A DNA stretch of 64,000 bases, taken from Syntrophorhabdaceae bacterium. Its GTDB lineage: Bacteria; Desulfobacterota; Syntrophorhabdia; Syntrophorhabdales; Syntrophorhabdaceae. This document shows positions 10,914 through 20,844 of this stretch, in pieces. Made by a program: the position numbers and the translations under genes. Every line of letters begins with the position of its first letter. The stretch's first letter is position 1. The stretch spans positions 2,624,001-2,688,000 of the forward strand of contig OY762209.1 in NCBI GenBank assembly GCA_963665295.1, written 5' to 3'. Under the pieces are notes generated by a model that saw only the letters and a list, made by a program, of their open reading frames with translations, did no database searches and had not been told where the DNA came from.

Positions 10914-10940
10914 TAAGGGAGAAGGGGTTTTGGTCGATAA
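10914..10940 (+). promoter_or_regulatory. Sigma-28 (FliA)-type promoter
   Basis: TAAGGGAG-N11-GTCGATAA upstream of a chemoreceptor. Confidence 0.6.
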
Positions 10941-11179
10941 TGGGTCAGATACAAAAACAAGTTCGGTAATTGTCAGGTCTCGGAGGCGGCAGATGAGAAA
11001 ACCGGTTTGCAGGATAGGCTGTCCGGCACGGGGACTGAAAGGGACTTGGACCGGCAAGATCAAAGGAGCGGATGGATATACTTTGAGAGGAACGCATTGG
11101 TAAACATAGAGAGCATGATGTCCGGATACGCTCCGCCGTTACCGGGCATCATGCCGGATAATCCAGAGGGGGTCACACA

Positions 11180-12811
11180 ATGAAGGCATGGCTGAGCAAC
11201 CTGCAAATGACGAAAAAACTCTTAGTCTCTCCATTCACGGCAATTCTATTCCTGCTTGTCTTCGGCCTGGTGTCGTACGCCGGGTTCTTCCGGCAGAAAG
11301 CGGCGCTCGACGACATCTTCAACACGAGATTCAAGTACTATCAGTCAACCGCGGGCGTGGTCATCGGCCTCAAGGAGGTCCATGGCAATATCTATAAACT
11401 CCTGAGCTGGGAAAGCTCCAACTATGACAAGGCGCGGATCACCGCCTTCGCCGACGAGCAGTTTGTCACACTCAAGAAGGTGGCCGCCGAACTGGAAGAG
11501 AAGACCAGGAGCGCGAACCTGACCAAAACCGAAAAGGCCTGTTTCCAATCGACTGCGGAGTTGTTGGCCAAGTATCAGGACTCGTTGCGCCAGATTGCGG
11601 GCCTGGACGCGGCCACGGCGTCCATGTTGATGACCCAGGCGGACGACATATTTCAGACTATGAGCAAGAAACTCGATGAACTGATGGCGCTGGAAAACAA
11701 GTTGAGTAAGGACCAGTACACCTCTTCCGGACGGACCTTCCAACTTGTGATCATTGTTTCCGCCCTTGTCCTGATCGCGGCCATTGTGCTGCCTTTCGGA
11801 CTGAGCATGCTCATGCGCGCCATCATCCTCACTCCCATAAACAGGACTGTGGATGCCATAGAAGCTGTTGCCCAGGGCGACCTTACGAAGCGCATTGACG
11901 TTTCTTCCAGGGATGAGGTAGGAGAGATGGCCAAACATTTTAACCTATTTGTCGAAAAGTTGCATGATACGATCAAGCACGTGGCGGAGAGCAGCGACGA
12001 AGTCTCGGCTGCGGCCAATACCCTTGATAATGCAACGGAGCACATGGCCACGGGCGTGGAAGAAGCGGCCATGCAGGTAAACTCGGTGGCCACCGCAAGT
12101 GAGGAGATGTCGAAGACCTCTTCGGAAATAGCGCAGAACTGCATGACCGCCGCGAGAAGCTCGGAGAAGGCGACGAGTTCGGCGGGGACCGGCGAGACTA
12201 TCATACAGGAGACGATCAACGTGATGAACCGCATTAGCGAGCGGGTGAAAGAATCGGCGGGGATCATCAAGAGCCTCGGGGCGCGGTCGGACCAGATAGG
12301 CCAGATAGTGGGTCTCATAAATGACGTAGCAGACCAGACGAACCTTCTCGCTTTGAACGCGGCAATCGAGGCGGCGCGAGCGGGCGAACACGGCAGGGGC
12401 TTCGCGGTAGTTGCCGACGAGGTAAGGAAACTCGCCGAGAGAACGAGCGATGCTACTAAGGAGATCGGCGAAACCATACGGGCAATGCAGTCCGAAACCA
12501 AGAAGGCGGTTTCCTCCATGGAAGAAGGGGTGGGCGAAGTGGGGAGAGGCACTCTGGAGGCCGGCAAATCAGGCGAGGCCCTGAAAGAGATCCTCCACCA
12601 GATCAACAAGGTCACCTCGGAGATTAACCAGATCGCGGTAGCATCGGAACAGGAGACGGCCACGACCAACGAGATAGCGGTGAGCATACAGCAGATCTCG
12701 ATGGTAATGCAGTAGACGGCCCAGAGGATTCAGGACAACGCGGGCGCCTCGGCTCAACTCGCGGACCTCTCGAAGGGATTGCAGAAGACCGTGGGCCAGT
12801 TCCGGATATAA
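11180..12811 (+). CDS. Methyl-accepting chemotaxis protein with in-frame TAG at 12713-12715
   Basis: TM-sensor-[41 protein letters not shown]; frame continues past the TAG as [31 protein letters not shown] to TAA at 12811. Confidence 0.93.
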
Positions 12812-12844
12812 GGACCAAAAAGAAAGAGACTTCAGAGAAATGCG

Positions 12845-12872
12845 GGGGCCGCCTACAGGGTGGCCCCTTTTT
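12845..12872 (+). terminator. Intrinsic terminator
   Basis: ggggccgcc-tacag-ggtggcccc followed by ttttt. Confidence 0.75.
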
Positions 12873-12998
12873 CGTCCATCCCTGCGGGACCTTCCATCGG
12901 GGCCCTCCCCGATCCCGTGTACAGAACCGTGACCGGCGACCCGCGCCGGACCTCTTTTTCTGTTGCTTTATTACCCTTAAGCCTGTTAATTTAGAGAG

Positions 12999-13769
12999 TT
13001 GCTGATGAAGAAAGCCGCTTTCATAAATGTGCCGTTCAGGCAGGTTGAGGGTAACCTGAAGAGGATACTCGACCTGGACATAGGTATAGAGATCTATTTG
13101 GAGAACAACCTCGTCGAGGAAATGGAGCTTCGTGAGGCAAAAGAGATGGGCGCCAGGCTTGAGGGGTATGGAATAGCCTGCACGGTACACGCCCCTTTCA
13201 TGGACCTGAGTCCCGGCGGGTACGACAGGGCCGTGAGGAGGATAACACGGGACAAGCTGAAGAAGACCGTCGAAATGGCGCGACTCCTCCGTGCGCGAGG
13301 CGTGGTCTGCCATCCCGGTTACGACAAGTGGCGTTTTGACCGAAACGAGGAGTTGTGGCTCGAGGGGAGCATAGACACGTGGACGGAGGTGCTCAAAGAG
13401 GCAAAGGATGGACCCCTCATAATGGTGGAAAACATTTTTGAAGAGCATCCTTCCACGCTTATTGCCCTCTTCGATGCCTTCAGGAACCAGAACCTCTGGT
13501 TCTGCTTTGACTCGGGGCATTTCAACCTCTTCTCTACGGTTTCACTGGATGGCTGGCTTGTTCCTTTAAGGGACAGGATCAGAGAGATGCACCTTCACGA
13601 CAACCATGGAGGATGGGACGAACACCTTCCTATCGGAACGGGAACGTTCCCTTTCCGGGAATTGAAGGCCTTCCTCAAAAACGCCGGAGATATCGCATTT
13701 ACCACCGAAGTACACGGTGAAGCTCACGCCTTGGAAAGTCTAAAAAAATTAAAGGAGTTTCTATCATAA
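12999..13769 (+). CDS. Sugar phosphate isomerase/epimerase (AP endonuclease 2 TIM barrel)
   Basis: HAPFMDL, VENIFE, CFDSGH, HLHDNHG..DEHLPIGTG. Confidence 0.88.
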   Translation: MLMKKAAFINVPFRQVEGNLKRILDLDIGIEIYLENNLVEEMELREAKEMGARLEGYGIACTVHAPFMDLSPGGYDRAVRRITRDKLKKTVEMARLLRARGVVCHPGYDKWRFDRNEELWLEGSIDTWTEVLKEAKDGPLIMVENIFEEHPSTLIALFDAFRNQNLWFCFDSGHFNLFSTVSLDGWLVPLRDRIREMHLHDNHGGWDEHLPIGTGTFPFRELKAFLKNAGDIAFTTEVHGEAHALESLKKLKEFLS

Positions 13770-16751
13770 ATGGCCTATAGAATCGAAGTCGCATACAAGA
13801 AAGGGATCAGGGACGTGCCCGGTGAGAAGCTGAGGAAGCGGATTCAAGGGGATTTCGGTCTTACCGTCGAAGCCAATGTGGCGGACGTCTACACGGTGGA
13901 CGCAGACCTGGAGAGCAGGATTATCGATATTCTGTCCACCGATGCCTTCATTGACCCCGTTACGCAGGCGGGATACGTGACTCGGCCCACCCCCACCGAC
14001 GCGGACTGGGTGGTTGAAGTGGGCTATAAACCCGGTGTGACGGACAATGTGGGAAGGACCGCGAGAGAAGTGATAGAAGCCCTCGCGGGCCGGAAATTCG
14101 GCGAGGGTGAGAGGGTTTACACTTCGCGAATGTATTTCCTTAAAGGAAAACTTGAAGAGAAGGACGTCGTAAACATCGCCGAGGGCATGCTGGCCAATAC
14201 ACTTATAAATAGGTATGCCTACAAGAAAGCGGACCAGTATGAAAGGGACGGAGGGATGGGGGTCAATGTGCCCCGGGTCTCCATCCGGCATGAGCCGGTT
14301 GTGGAAAGCTTCCCTCTCACTGCGGGCATCGATGAGATGATGAAGATAAACAGGGAGAGGACGTGGGCGCTCTCGCGGGATGAACTGATGGCCATCCAGC
14401 GTTATTTCCTCCGGACCGGGACCAGGGAAGCGAGAAAAAGCGCGGGCCTCGATGAATCTCCTACCGATGTGGAGATAGAAGTTCTTGCCCAGACGTGGTC
14501 CGAGCACTGTAAGCACAAGATATTCAATGCAGTGATAGAGTACGAAGAAGACGGCGTTGTCCGGACCATAGACAGCCTTTTCAAGACCTATATCGTGGGT
14601 TCGACGGACAAGATACGGAAACAAAAAGGCAGGAAGGATTTTTGTCTCTCCGTATTCAAGGACAATGCCGGGATCATACGGTTCGACGGGAAATCGAACC
14701 TTGCCTACAAGGTGGAGACCCACAACACGCCGTCGGCCCTGGACCCTTACGGCGGAGCCCTCACGGGGATAGTGGGCGTGAACCGGGACCCCTTCGGCAC
14801 AGGCAAGGGGGCGAAACTCATATTCAATACGGACGTCTTCTGTTTTGCCGCCCCGGACTACAAGGGCGAGATACCGCCGCGGCTCCTCCATCCGAAACGC
14901 GTCCTTGAGGGCGTGAGGGAAGGTGTGGAGCACGGAGGGAACAAGAGCGGGATTCCCACGGTGAACGGATCCCTTGTCTTTCATGAAGGTTATCTCGGCA
15001 AACCCCTGGTGTTTTGCGGTACCTGCGGTATTATGCCCCGCGTGATCAAAGGCGAGCCCACCCATGTGAAAGAGGCTCGAAAGGGCGATGCCATCATTAT
15101 GGTGGGGGGCAGGATCGGAAAAGACGGCATCCACGGCGCGACCTTTTCGTCCGAGGAGTTGTCCGAGGTATCACCTACGAGCGCGGTCCAGATAGGCGAC
15201 CCGATCACTCAGAAGAGGATGACCGATTTTCTCCTCATTGCAAGAGATATGGACCTTTATACCTCCATTACGGATAACGGAGCAGGAGGACTTTCGTCAT
15301 CGGTGGGAGAGATGGCTCAGGACACGAACGGCTGTATACTCCACATCGACAGGGCGCCCCTCAAATACCAGGGTTTGTCGCCGTGGGAAGTGCTCCTTTC
15401 CGAGGCCCAGGAGCGGATGAACGTATCCGTGAGCCCGGAAAAACTCGATGCTTTCATGACTCTCTCTGAAAAGATGAACGTTACCTCCACGGTCTTGGGG
15501 GAATTCACCGATACGGGAAAGTTCCACGTCCTTTACAAAGGGAAGACCGTCGCGTACCTGGACATGGAATTCCTTCACAACGGCCTGCCAAAAATGCAGC
15601 TCCCCGCGAAATGGGAGCGGCGGATACGGGACGAGGCGCCCATAGAGGAACCGGGAGATTACGCGCTGACCCTCAAGAATATCCTCCGGCGCTGGAACGT
15701 GTGCAGTAAGGAATACGTGGTCCGTCAGTACGACCACGAGGTCCAGGGAGGCAGTGTGGTAAAGCCTCTCACGGGCAAAACCAACGACGGCCCAAGCGAC
15801 GCGGGTGTGGTGAGACCCGACCTGGGCGGCAGGAAAGGGGTCGTGGCAAGCCACGGCATTTGCCCGAAGTACAGTGAATTCGATACCTACCATATGGTCG
15901 CCTCAGCGATTGACGAGGCCATAAGGAACAATATTGCCACAGGCGGAACCCTGACCAGAATGGCCCTTCTTGATAATTTCTGCTGGTCCGACCCCGTGGT
16001 ATCCGAGAGGAACCCTGAAGGTCCTTACAAACTTGCCCAGCTCGTGAGGGCGAACATGGCCCTCTACGATTACACGACCCTCTTCGGCACGCCCTGCATA
16101 TCGGGCAAAGACAGTATGAAGAATGACTATATGTTCAAAGACATAAAGATTTCCGTGCCCCAGACGTTGCTCGTATCGGCTGTCTCCGTGATCGATGATA
16201 TCGGATGTGTGACCACCATGGACTTCAAAGAGGGCGGTGATCTGATTGTGATTGTGGGAAAGACCTACCCCGAGATGGGAGGGTCGGAATACCTGGCTTC
16301 ACACGGTCTTCACGGAAATATTCCCCCCAGGGTAAGAGGTCCCATGGCAAAGAAGACTTACAAAGGTATGGAGAAGGCGATCAAGTCGGGCATCGTGAGG
16401 TCCTGTCATGACCTGTCGGACGGCGGTCTGGCCGTTGCCCTTGCTGAAAGTGCCTTCGCGGGCGGACTGGGGGTTGATGTGGACCTTTCCTCCGTGCCTT
16501 TCTCCGGTATATTCAGGGACGATTTCCTGTTTTTTTCCGAGTCCCAGAGCCGTTTTATCGTCTCCATAAAAGAGGCTGACTACGAGAGGTTCGCCACGTT
16601 CCTCAAAGGTGTCCCCATGAGCGCCATCGGACGGGTGAGAAAAGACGAGAGCTTTGTCGTGAAAGGCATGAACGGCAATACCATTATCGACACGGGGATA
16701 AAGGGTCTCAAAGAAGCCTGGCAAGGGCCGTTCAAAGAGAACTACGCATAA
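13770..16751 (+). CDS. purL: Phosphoribosylformylglycinamidine synthase PurL with PurS-like N-terminal extension
   Basis: WSEHCKHKIF, KVETHNTPS, GKDGIHGATFSS, SGKDSMKND, HDLSDGGL. Confidence 0.95.
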   Translation: MAYRIEVAYKKGIRDVPGEKLRKRIQGDFGLTVEANVADVYTVDADLESRIIDILSTDAFIDPVTQAGYVTRPTPTDADWVVEVGYKPGVTDNVGRTAREVIEALAGRKFGEGERVYTSRMYFLKGKLEEKDVVNIAEGMLANTLINRYAYKKADQYERDGGMGVNVPRVSIRHEPVVESFPLTAGIDEMMKINRERTWALSRDELMAIQRYFLRTGTREARKSAGLDESPTDVEIEVLAQTWSEHCKHKIFNAVIEYEEDGVVRTIDSLFKTYIVGSTDKIRKQKGRKDFCLSVFKDNAGIIRFDGKSNLAYKVETHNTPSALDPYGGALTGIVGVNRDPFGTGKGAKLIFNTDVFCFAAPDYKGEIPPRLLHPKRVLEGVREGVEHGGNKSGIPTVNGSLVFHEGYLGKPLVFCGTCGIMPRVIKGEPTHVKEARKGDAIIMVGGRIGKDGIHGATFSSEELSEVSPTSAVQIGDPITQKRMTDFLLIARDMDLYTSITDNGAGGLSSSVGEMAQDTNGCILHIDRAPLKYQGLSPWEVLLSEAQERMNVSVSPEKLDAFMTLSEKMNVTSTVLGEFTDTGKFHVLYKGKTVAYLDMEFLHNGLPKMQLPAKWERRIRDEAPIEEPGDYALTLKNILRRWNVCSKEYVVRQYDHEVQGGSVVKPLTGKTNDGPSDAGVVRPDLGGRKGVVASHGICPKYSEFDTYHMVASAIDEAIRNNIATGGTLTRMALLDNFCWSDPVVSERNPEGPYKLAQLVRANMALYDYTTLFGTPCISGKDSMKNDYMFKDIKISVPQTLLVSAVSVIDDIGCVTTMDFKEGGDLIVIVGKTYPEMGGSEYLASHGLHGNIPPRVRGPMAKKTYKGMEKAIKSGIVRSCHDLSDGGLAVALAESAFAGGLGVDVDLSSVPFSGIFRDDFLFFSESQSRFIVSIKEADYERFATFLKGVPMSAIGRVRKDESFVVKGMNGNTIIDTGIKGLKEAWQGPFKENYA

Positions 16752-16762
16752 GAGCCTCCATC

Positions 16763-16792
16763 ATCGGGGCCTCCGCACAGAGGCCCCGATTT
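16763..16792 (+). terminator. Intrinsic terminator
   Basis: atcggggcct-ccgcacag-aggccccgat followed by tt. Confidence 0.7.
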
Positions 16793-16904
16793 GCTGTTTC
16801 AGGGATGAACTTCATAACAGTTCCATAGGATCAGGATCGGTCCCTCCGGGAAGGCGTTTGATTTGCCGACCACCGCTGACCGGGGATATTCACGTTTGAT
16901 TAAT

Positions 16905-18825
16905 CTGAAGTTCCCCGCCCAATATTAACCCATCACCTTGATATTCCAATGATTATGGCAGAAATTGATTTCCCGTTACTGGCTACAGTCCGAGGAGGGC
17001 AAGGGCGCGGGCCTGGAGAGGTGTCGGATCAGTAAGAAGGGTGAAGGCCGGGGCCATGGAGTCCAAAACCATCCTGCACCGGTTTTTGCATCGGGTCCCC
17101 AGTGCGGCAAGGAGGGTACGGAAGCTCTGGACGGGAAGGCCGTCAGGGGTGAGCTTGGTGGTCTTCTTTTTCTTTGCGGAAGAAGATGACTCCGCGGGCT
17201 TTACCGGGTCTCTCGTCGTTCGTGAGAGGGGAAGCTCCTCATCGTCGAAGAGCAGCGGCGTAAGGGCCTCCCTCATATGCCACTCTACGTAATAGGCGAG
17301 GGTGCAGAGAAAGATGTGGGCTCGCACGTGATCCTCGGTACGGTGGTGAATGGGACGGACGAGAAGATCGATGCCCTTCAAGGTCCTGAAGGCCCGCTCT
17401 ACCCGGGCAAGGTTCTTGTAGTTCCGTACCACATCGGCGGGAGGAAGGGCTGGTTCACTCGTACGGATCACATAGATCCCGTCGAGGGCTTCTTCTTCGG
17501 TGATTGACTCCTCGTTCCGGGCGAATGAGAAGGACCCGTCTCCGATGGTAAGGATAAAGTGCTTCGCCATCTTGTGATCGTTGACTACCGCGCCGACTTT
17601 CTTCCCTATCTCCGCTGCGGAAAGAGGCGTCCTTGTCCTTCTCCCGACCGCCCGTACAATGGAGGACAACTTCTTTTCCGTCACATCGAGGAGCGCGTTT
17701 CTTTTCCTCTTTCTCTCTTCGGCAAGAAGGGGGTTGAAGCAAGCGATGAGCCTTTCCCCCGGATACTCGGGAGAGGTGATTTCCGCAAAGTCCTGGGTAT
17801 CGAAGAGGGACATCTGGATGCTCCCCTGTCCCACAAGCTCGCGTATGGCGGAAGACCTGAGGGCCGATATCCACCCTATGCCGGGCATCTCCTTTATCTT
17901 TGTAATCTGTGTCTCCGTAAGCATGCCCCTGTCGCCCACGAGGACGAGGTGATCGAGACCGAATCTTTCTTTGAGCTTTGCCGTCTGGTCGGGAATGGTA
18001 GAGGGATCGCCCGTATTCCCCGGATAGACGGTAACTGCAACAGGTCGGCCTTCGTGATCGGTGAGTACTCCATAGACGATGATCCTCTTTCCCTTTTCAT
18101 CCCGGTCATGGCCGAACTGCGCAAGGGGACAGGTGTGGCCCTCGTAGTAACTGCTCGTCACATCGTAGAGCACGAGCGAGCCCTCGGTAAGGTGCTTATT
18201 CGCCAGCTTCTTCTCGATCCGCTCCTGTCTTGCCAAAAGCCAGTCCAGGGCATCATAGAGTTCGTCCTCATCGGCATCTGCAACCGAGAGTTCCTCCGCC
18301 ACCGAAGTAGTATGCCAGAGCCTCGTAGTTGCTAATTTCGATGAGGGGTGGATGAGGCGTTCCACGATCATGGCGATTACGAGGTCTCTCTCCCTTCCAG
18401 GCTTCGAGGCAATGACCGTATCAAGGCCAAGCTTCTTTATTGTCCCGAGTATGGCCTCCACATGGCCGTGGGGGAGAGACTGCTCAACCTTAAAGGCTTC
18501 CTTCGGAGAGACGAGAGACTCCCCTTTCAATACACGCCTCAAGAGCTCGATCTTCTCTTCCGGCCAATCAGTGAGGTTTGCGACTGTCTTCTTCTTTATC
18601 TTTTTGCCTTCCCTCCATGCCTCCCTCAAGAGGATGGCGGGCCGGGAGTTGCGGTTGGGGATGCTTTCGATGTACATGGAACATATATAGCAAATAGCTT
18701 ACCTACATGTCAAGTACATAATGCACTATTACATGGCAACAAGTAGAAGATATGATTATCACCAACTTTACATAATTTCAACGGGATAGAGTGATATTGG
18801 GGGGATTTCACAGGGGGAACTTCGG
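16905..18825 (-). mobile_element. IS1634-family insertion sequence, complete
   Basis: Terminal IRs ctgaagttcccc (16905) and ggggaacttcgg (ending 18825); 6-bp direct repeat attaat at 16899-16904 and 18826-18831. Confidence 0.9.
16983..18677 (-). CDS. IS1634 DDE transposase
   Basis: LYDVTSSYYEG, VGDRGML, YKNLARVERAFRTLK, RPIHHR..HVRAHIFLC. Confidence 0.93.
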   Translation of the reverse strand: MYIESIPNRNSRPAILLREAWREGKKIKKKTVANLTDWPEEKIELLRRVLKGESLVSPKEAFKVEQSLPHGHVEAILGTIKKLGLDTVIASKPGRERDLVIAMIVERLIHPSSKLATTRLWHTTSVAEELSVADADEDELYDALDWLLARQERIEKKLANKHLTEGSLVLYDVTSSYYEGHTCPLAQFGHDRDEKGKRIIVYGVLTDHEGRPVAVTVYPGNTGDPSTIPDQTAKLKERFGLDHLVLVGDRGMLTETQITKIKEMPGIGWISALRSSAIRELVGQGSIQMSLFDTQDFAEITSPEYPGERLIACFNPLLAEERKRKRNALLDVTEKKLSSIVRAVGRRTRTPLSAAEIGKKVGAVVNDHKMAKHFILTIGDGSFSFARNEESITEEEALDGIYVIRTSEPALPPADVVRNYKNLARVERAFRTLKGIDLLVRPIHHRTEDHVRAHIFLCTLAYYVEWHMREALTPLLFDDEELPLSRTTRDPVKPAESSSSAKKKKTTKLTPDGLPVQSFRTLLAALGTRCKNRCRMVLDSMAPAFTLLTDPTPLQARALALLGL

Positions 18826-18918
18826 ATTAATCTGGAAAGATGGGTAAAGAAAGGTGGATTTGTTCCGGGCGCCCCGGTTACCGCGAGGACGCCCGGTAAA
18901 ATTTGCTATAAGGATTTA

Positions 18919-19356
18919 TTACTTCTTCTCCGGGGCTTTTGCCGCAGGTGCCTTCGCCGCAGGAGCCTTCTCGTCTAATGCAGCTTCTCTGCCTGTTGAT
19001 ATTTCCTTGTTCTCGTCGAACTTCTTGGCTTCTTTTGCCATTTTGGCCTTGTCTGCCCTGGCTTTGTCGCCCTTCAGTGCGGGTCTTTTCTTGGTTGTTG
19101 CTTCTTCAACGCCTGTCGAGATTGCTTTGCTCTCGTCGAACTTCTTGGCTTCTTTTGCCATTTTGGCCTTGTCTGCCCTGGCTTTGTCGCCCTTCATGGG
19201 AGGTGTTTTCTCTCCTGTTGCTTCCTGTACGCCTGTCGATATTTCCTTGTTTGCGTCGAAGGGCTTCTGCTGAGCTACGGCTGCAGAAGCAATGCAAAAA
19301 GTAAAAACGAATAGTGCAGCTACTAAGATTGCTAAGACCCCTCTGTCCTTCTTCAT
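18919..19356 (-). CDS. Exported Lys/Ala-rich protein with 40-aa tandem repeats
   Basis: SD AGGAGG before ATG 19356; signal peptide; repeat unit FDxxKxISTG...KGDKARADKAKMAKEAKK. Confidence 0.8.
   Translation of the reverse strand: MKKDRGVLAILVAALFVFTFCIASAAVAQQKPFDANKEISTGVQEATGEKTPPMKGDKARADKAKMAKEAKKFDESKAISTGVEEATTKKRPALKGDKARADKAKMAKEAKKFDENKEISTGREAALDEKAPAAKAPAAKAPEKK
18992..19260. repeat. 120-bp tandem repeat, about 2.3 units
   Basis: tctcgtcgaacttcttggcttcttttgccattttggccttgtctgccctggctttgtcgcccttca is identical at about 19011 and 19131. Confidence 0.9.
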
Positions 19357-19623
19357 CCTGACGCCCTCCTGTAAGTTTTTATGAATTCTGCCGTTTTCAC
19401 GGTTGCCGAACCAGACACAGTTCGGAATTATATTACTCTGGGAATTGTTATTTGTCAAGGAAGAACCACTGTCTTTATTGGAGGAACGGGGCGCATATGA
19501 GGCCCGGTGAGAGAGGGTTGCACAACGCAACATCCATCAGGCCCGGCGGGAAAAAGAAACCCGGACGGGGTTTTCCGTCCGGGAATATACGCTCCTTAAG
19601 GGGATTTTCCCCGGTGTCTCGTT

Positions 19624-20844
19624 TCAGGCGGTCTTGCGGTGCAATTGGTCGAGGGTCTCGAAATAGGCTTCGATCCGCGTTCTTATCTGGGTTTCGGAAT
19701 AAAACCGCTGGTCTCCCATATCGCTCTCGAAGACGAGGGCGGGGATGCCCGTCCTTTTAACGAGGATCTCCTTGAGGCTGGGAACGGCAAAGGAAACGGC
19801 CTTGCAGCTTCTGTTCATGAACATTATCATCCCGTTCATGTCGTATCTCTTGAAAAGGTCCATGGCCATGTCCGCCCTGTCTTCGATGGTGGAGTTGGAG
19901 AAACGGTCCACATAGTTCTGGGCGAGGGTTACGAGGGGGTCCTCGTTGAGGTCGAAATCAAGACTCCAGGCATGGACATAGAGAGAGGTGAGGATGACCC
20001 CACCGTAAGAGGCAAGAAGCTTCGCGTGGTCACTGAATTTGAACCACACGGGAAGGTTTTCCCAGTAGAGCCGGTACTTTTCGTTCGGGACGACCCCGAT
20101 GCCTTTCTGCACCTTTTCTTCTATCTCGTCACAGAGGGTCTGGTAATACTCCACGCATTCGGGGGTGCCTCTCCGGTACACAGCGATAGCCATGCCTATG
20201 AGGGCATCGAAGATGCTGATGGGCGACGGTTTGTATTGAGCCATGTCGAGAAATTTCTTGTAGAGTATGCTCGACTGGGCCGAATACTGCATGACTTCCT
20301 GTAGTCTGTCGTAATTGAATTTCTTCTTGGTCACGTGTTCAAGCCAGGCAATAAGCTCCTTGAGTTGGAGGACGCAATACTTGACGATCTCCTGTCTCGC
20401 CTTTTTGTCCATCACGTACTCGGGTGTGTCGAATACGAAGACGGGCAGATCACCCCTACGGGCCAGGACCTGGAACCACTTGGTGAGGGTGAAGCACTGG
20501 GCGTTGCAGGCGAGGAAGATGTCGGGCTCCGGTATGCCTTTGGTGATGGTCTTTCCCGACTCCCTGTAACCGAGATCGGTCCTCGCATAGGCGCAGAGGT
20601 GGCTCGTATACCCGAGGTTTTCGGTGATGGAACATATCTCGGCGCCCTTCTTTGCGGTAAGGTTCGCCACTGCGTGGTTTTCAGGATAGATAGGTACTAT
20701 GTCGTGGGCTACAAAAAGCTCCACAGGAGAGATTGCGGTCGTGTATCCCACGAGTTTTCCGAGTTCATGGGCGCGGAACGCTTCATCCATATATTCATCG
20801 GTGATCTTCTTTGATAAAGCCTTGGAAGACAGTTTTTCGCTCAT
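19624..20844 (-). CDS. 2-hydroxyacyl-CoA dehydratase / benzoyl-CoA reductase subunit (HgdA/BzdO-like)
   Basis: YPENHA, LCAYARTDLG, CFTLTKWFQ, RSCKAVS, ESDMGDQRFYSE..TRIEAYFE. Confidence 0.85.
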   Translation of the reverse strand: MSEKLSSKALSKKITDEYMDEAFRAHELGKLVGYTTAISPVELFVAHDIVPIYPENHAVANLTAKKGAEICSITENLGYTSHLCAYARTDLGYRESGKTITKGIPEPDIFLACNAQCFTLTKWFQVLARRGDLPVFVFDTPEYVMDKKARQEIVKYCVLQLKELIAWLEHVTKKKFNYDRLQEVMQYSAQSSILYKKFLDMAQYKPSPISIFDALIGMAIAVYRRGTPECVEYYQTLCDEIEEKVQKGIGVVPNEKYRLYWENLPVWFKFSDHAKLLASYGGVILTSLYVHAWSLDFDLNEDPLVTLAQNYVDRFSNSTIEDRADMAMDLFKRYDMNGMIMFMNRSCKAVSFAVPSLKEILVKRTGIPALVFESDMGDQRFYSETQIRTRIEAYFETLDQLHRKTA

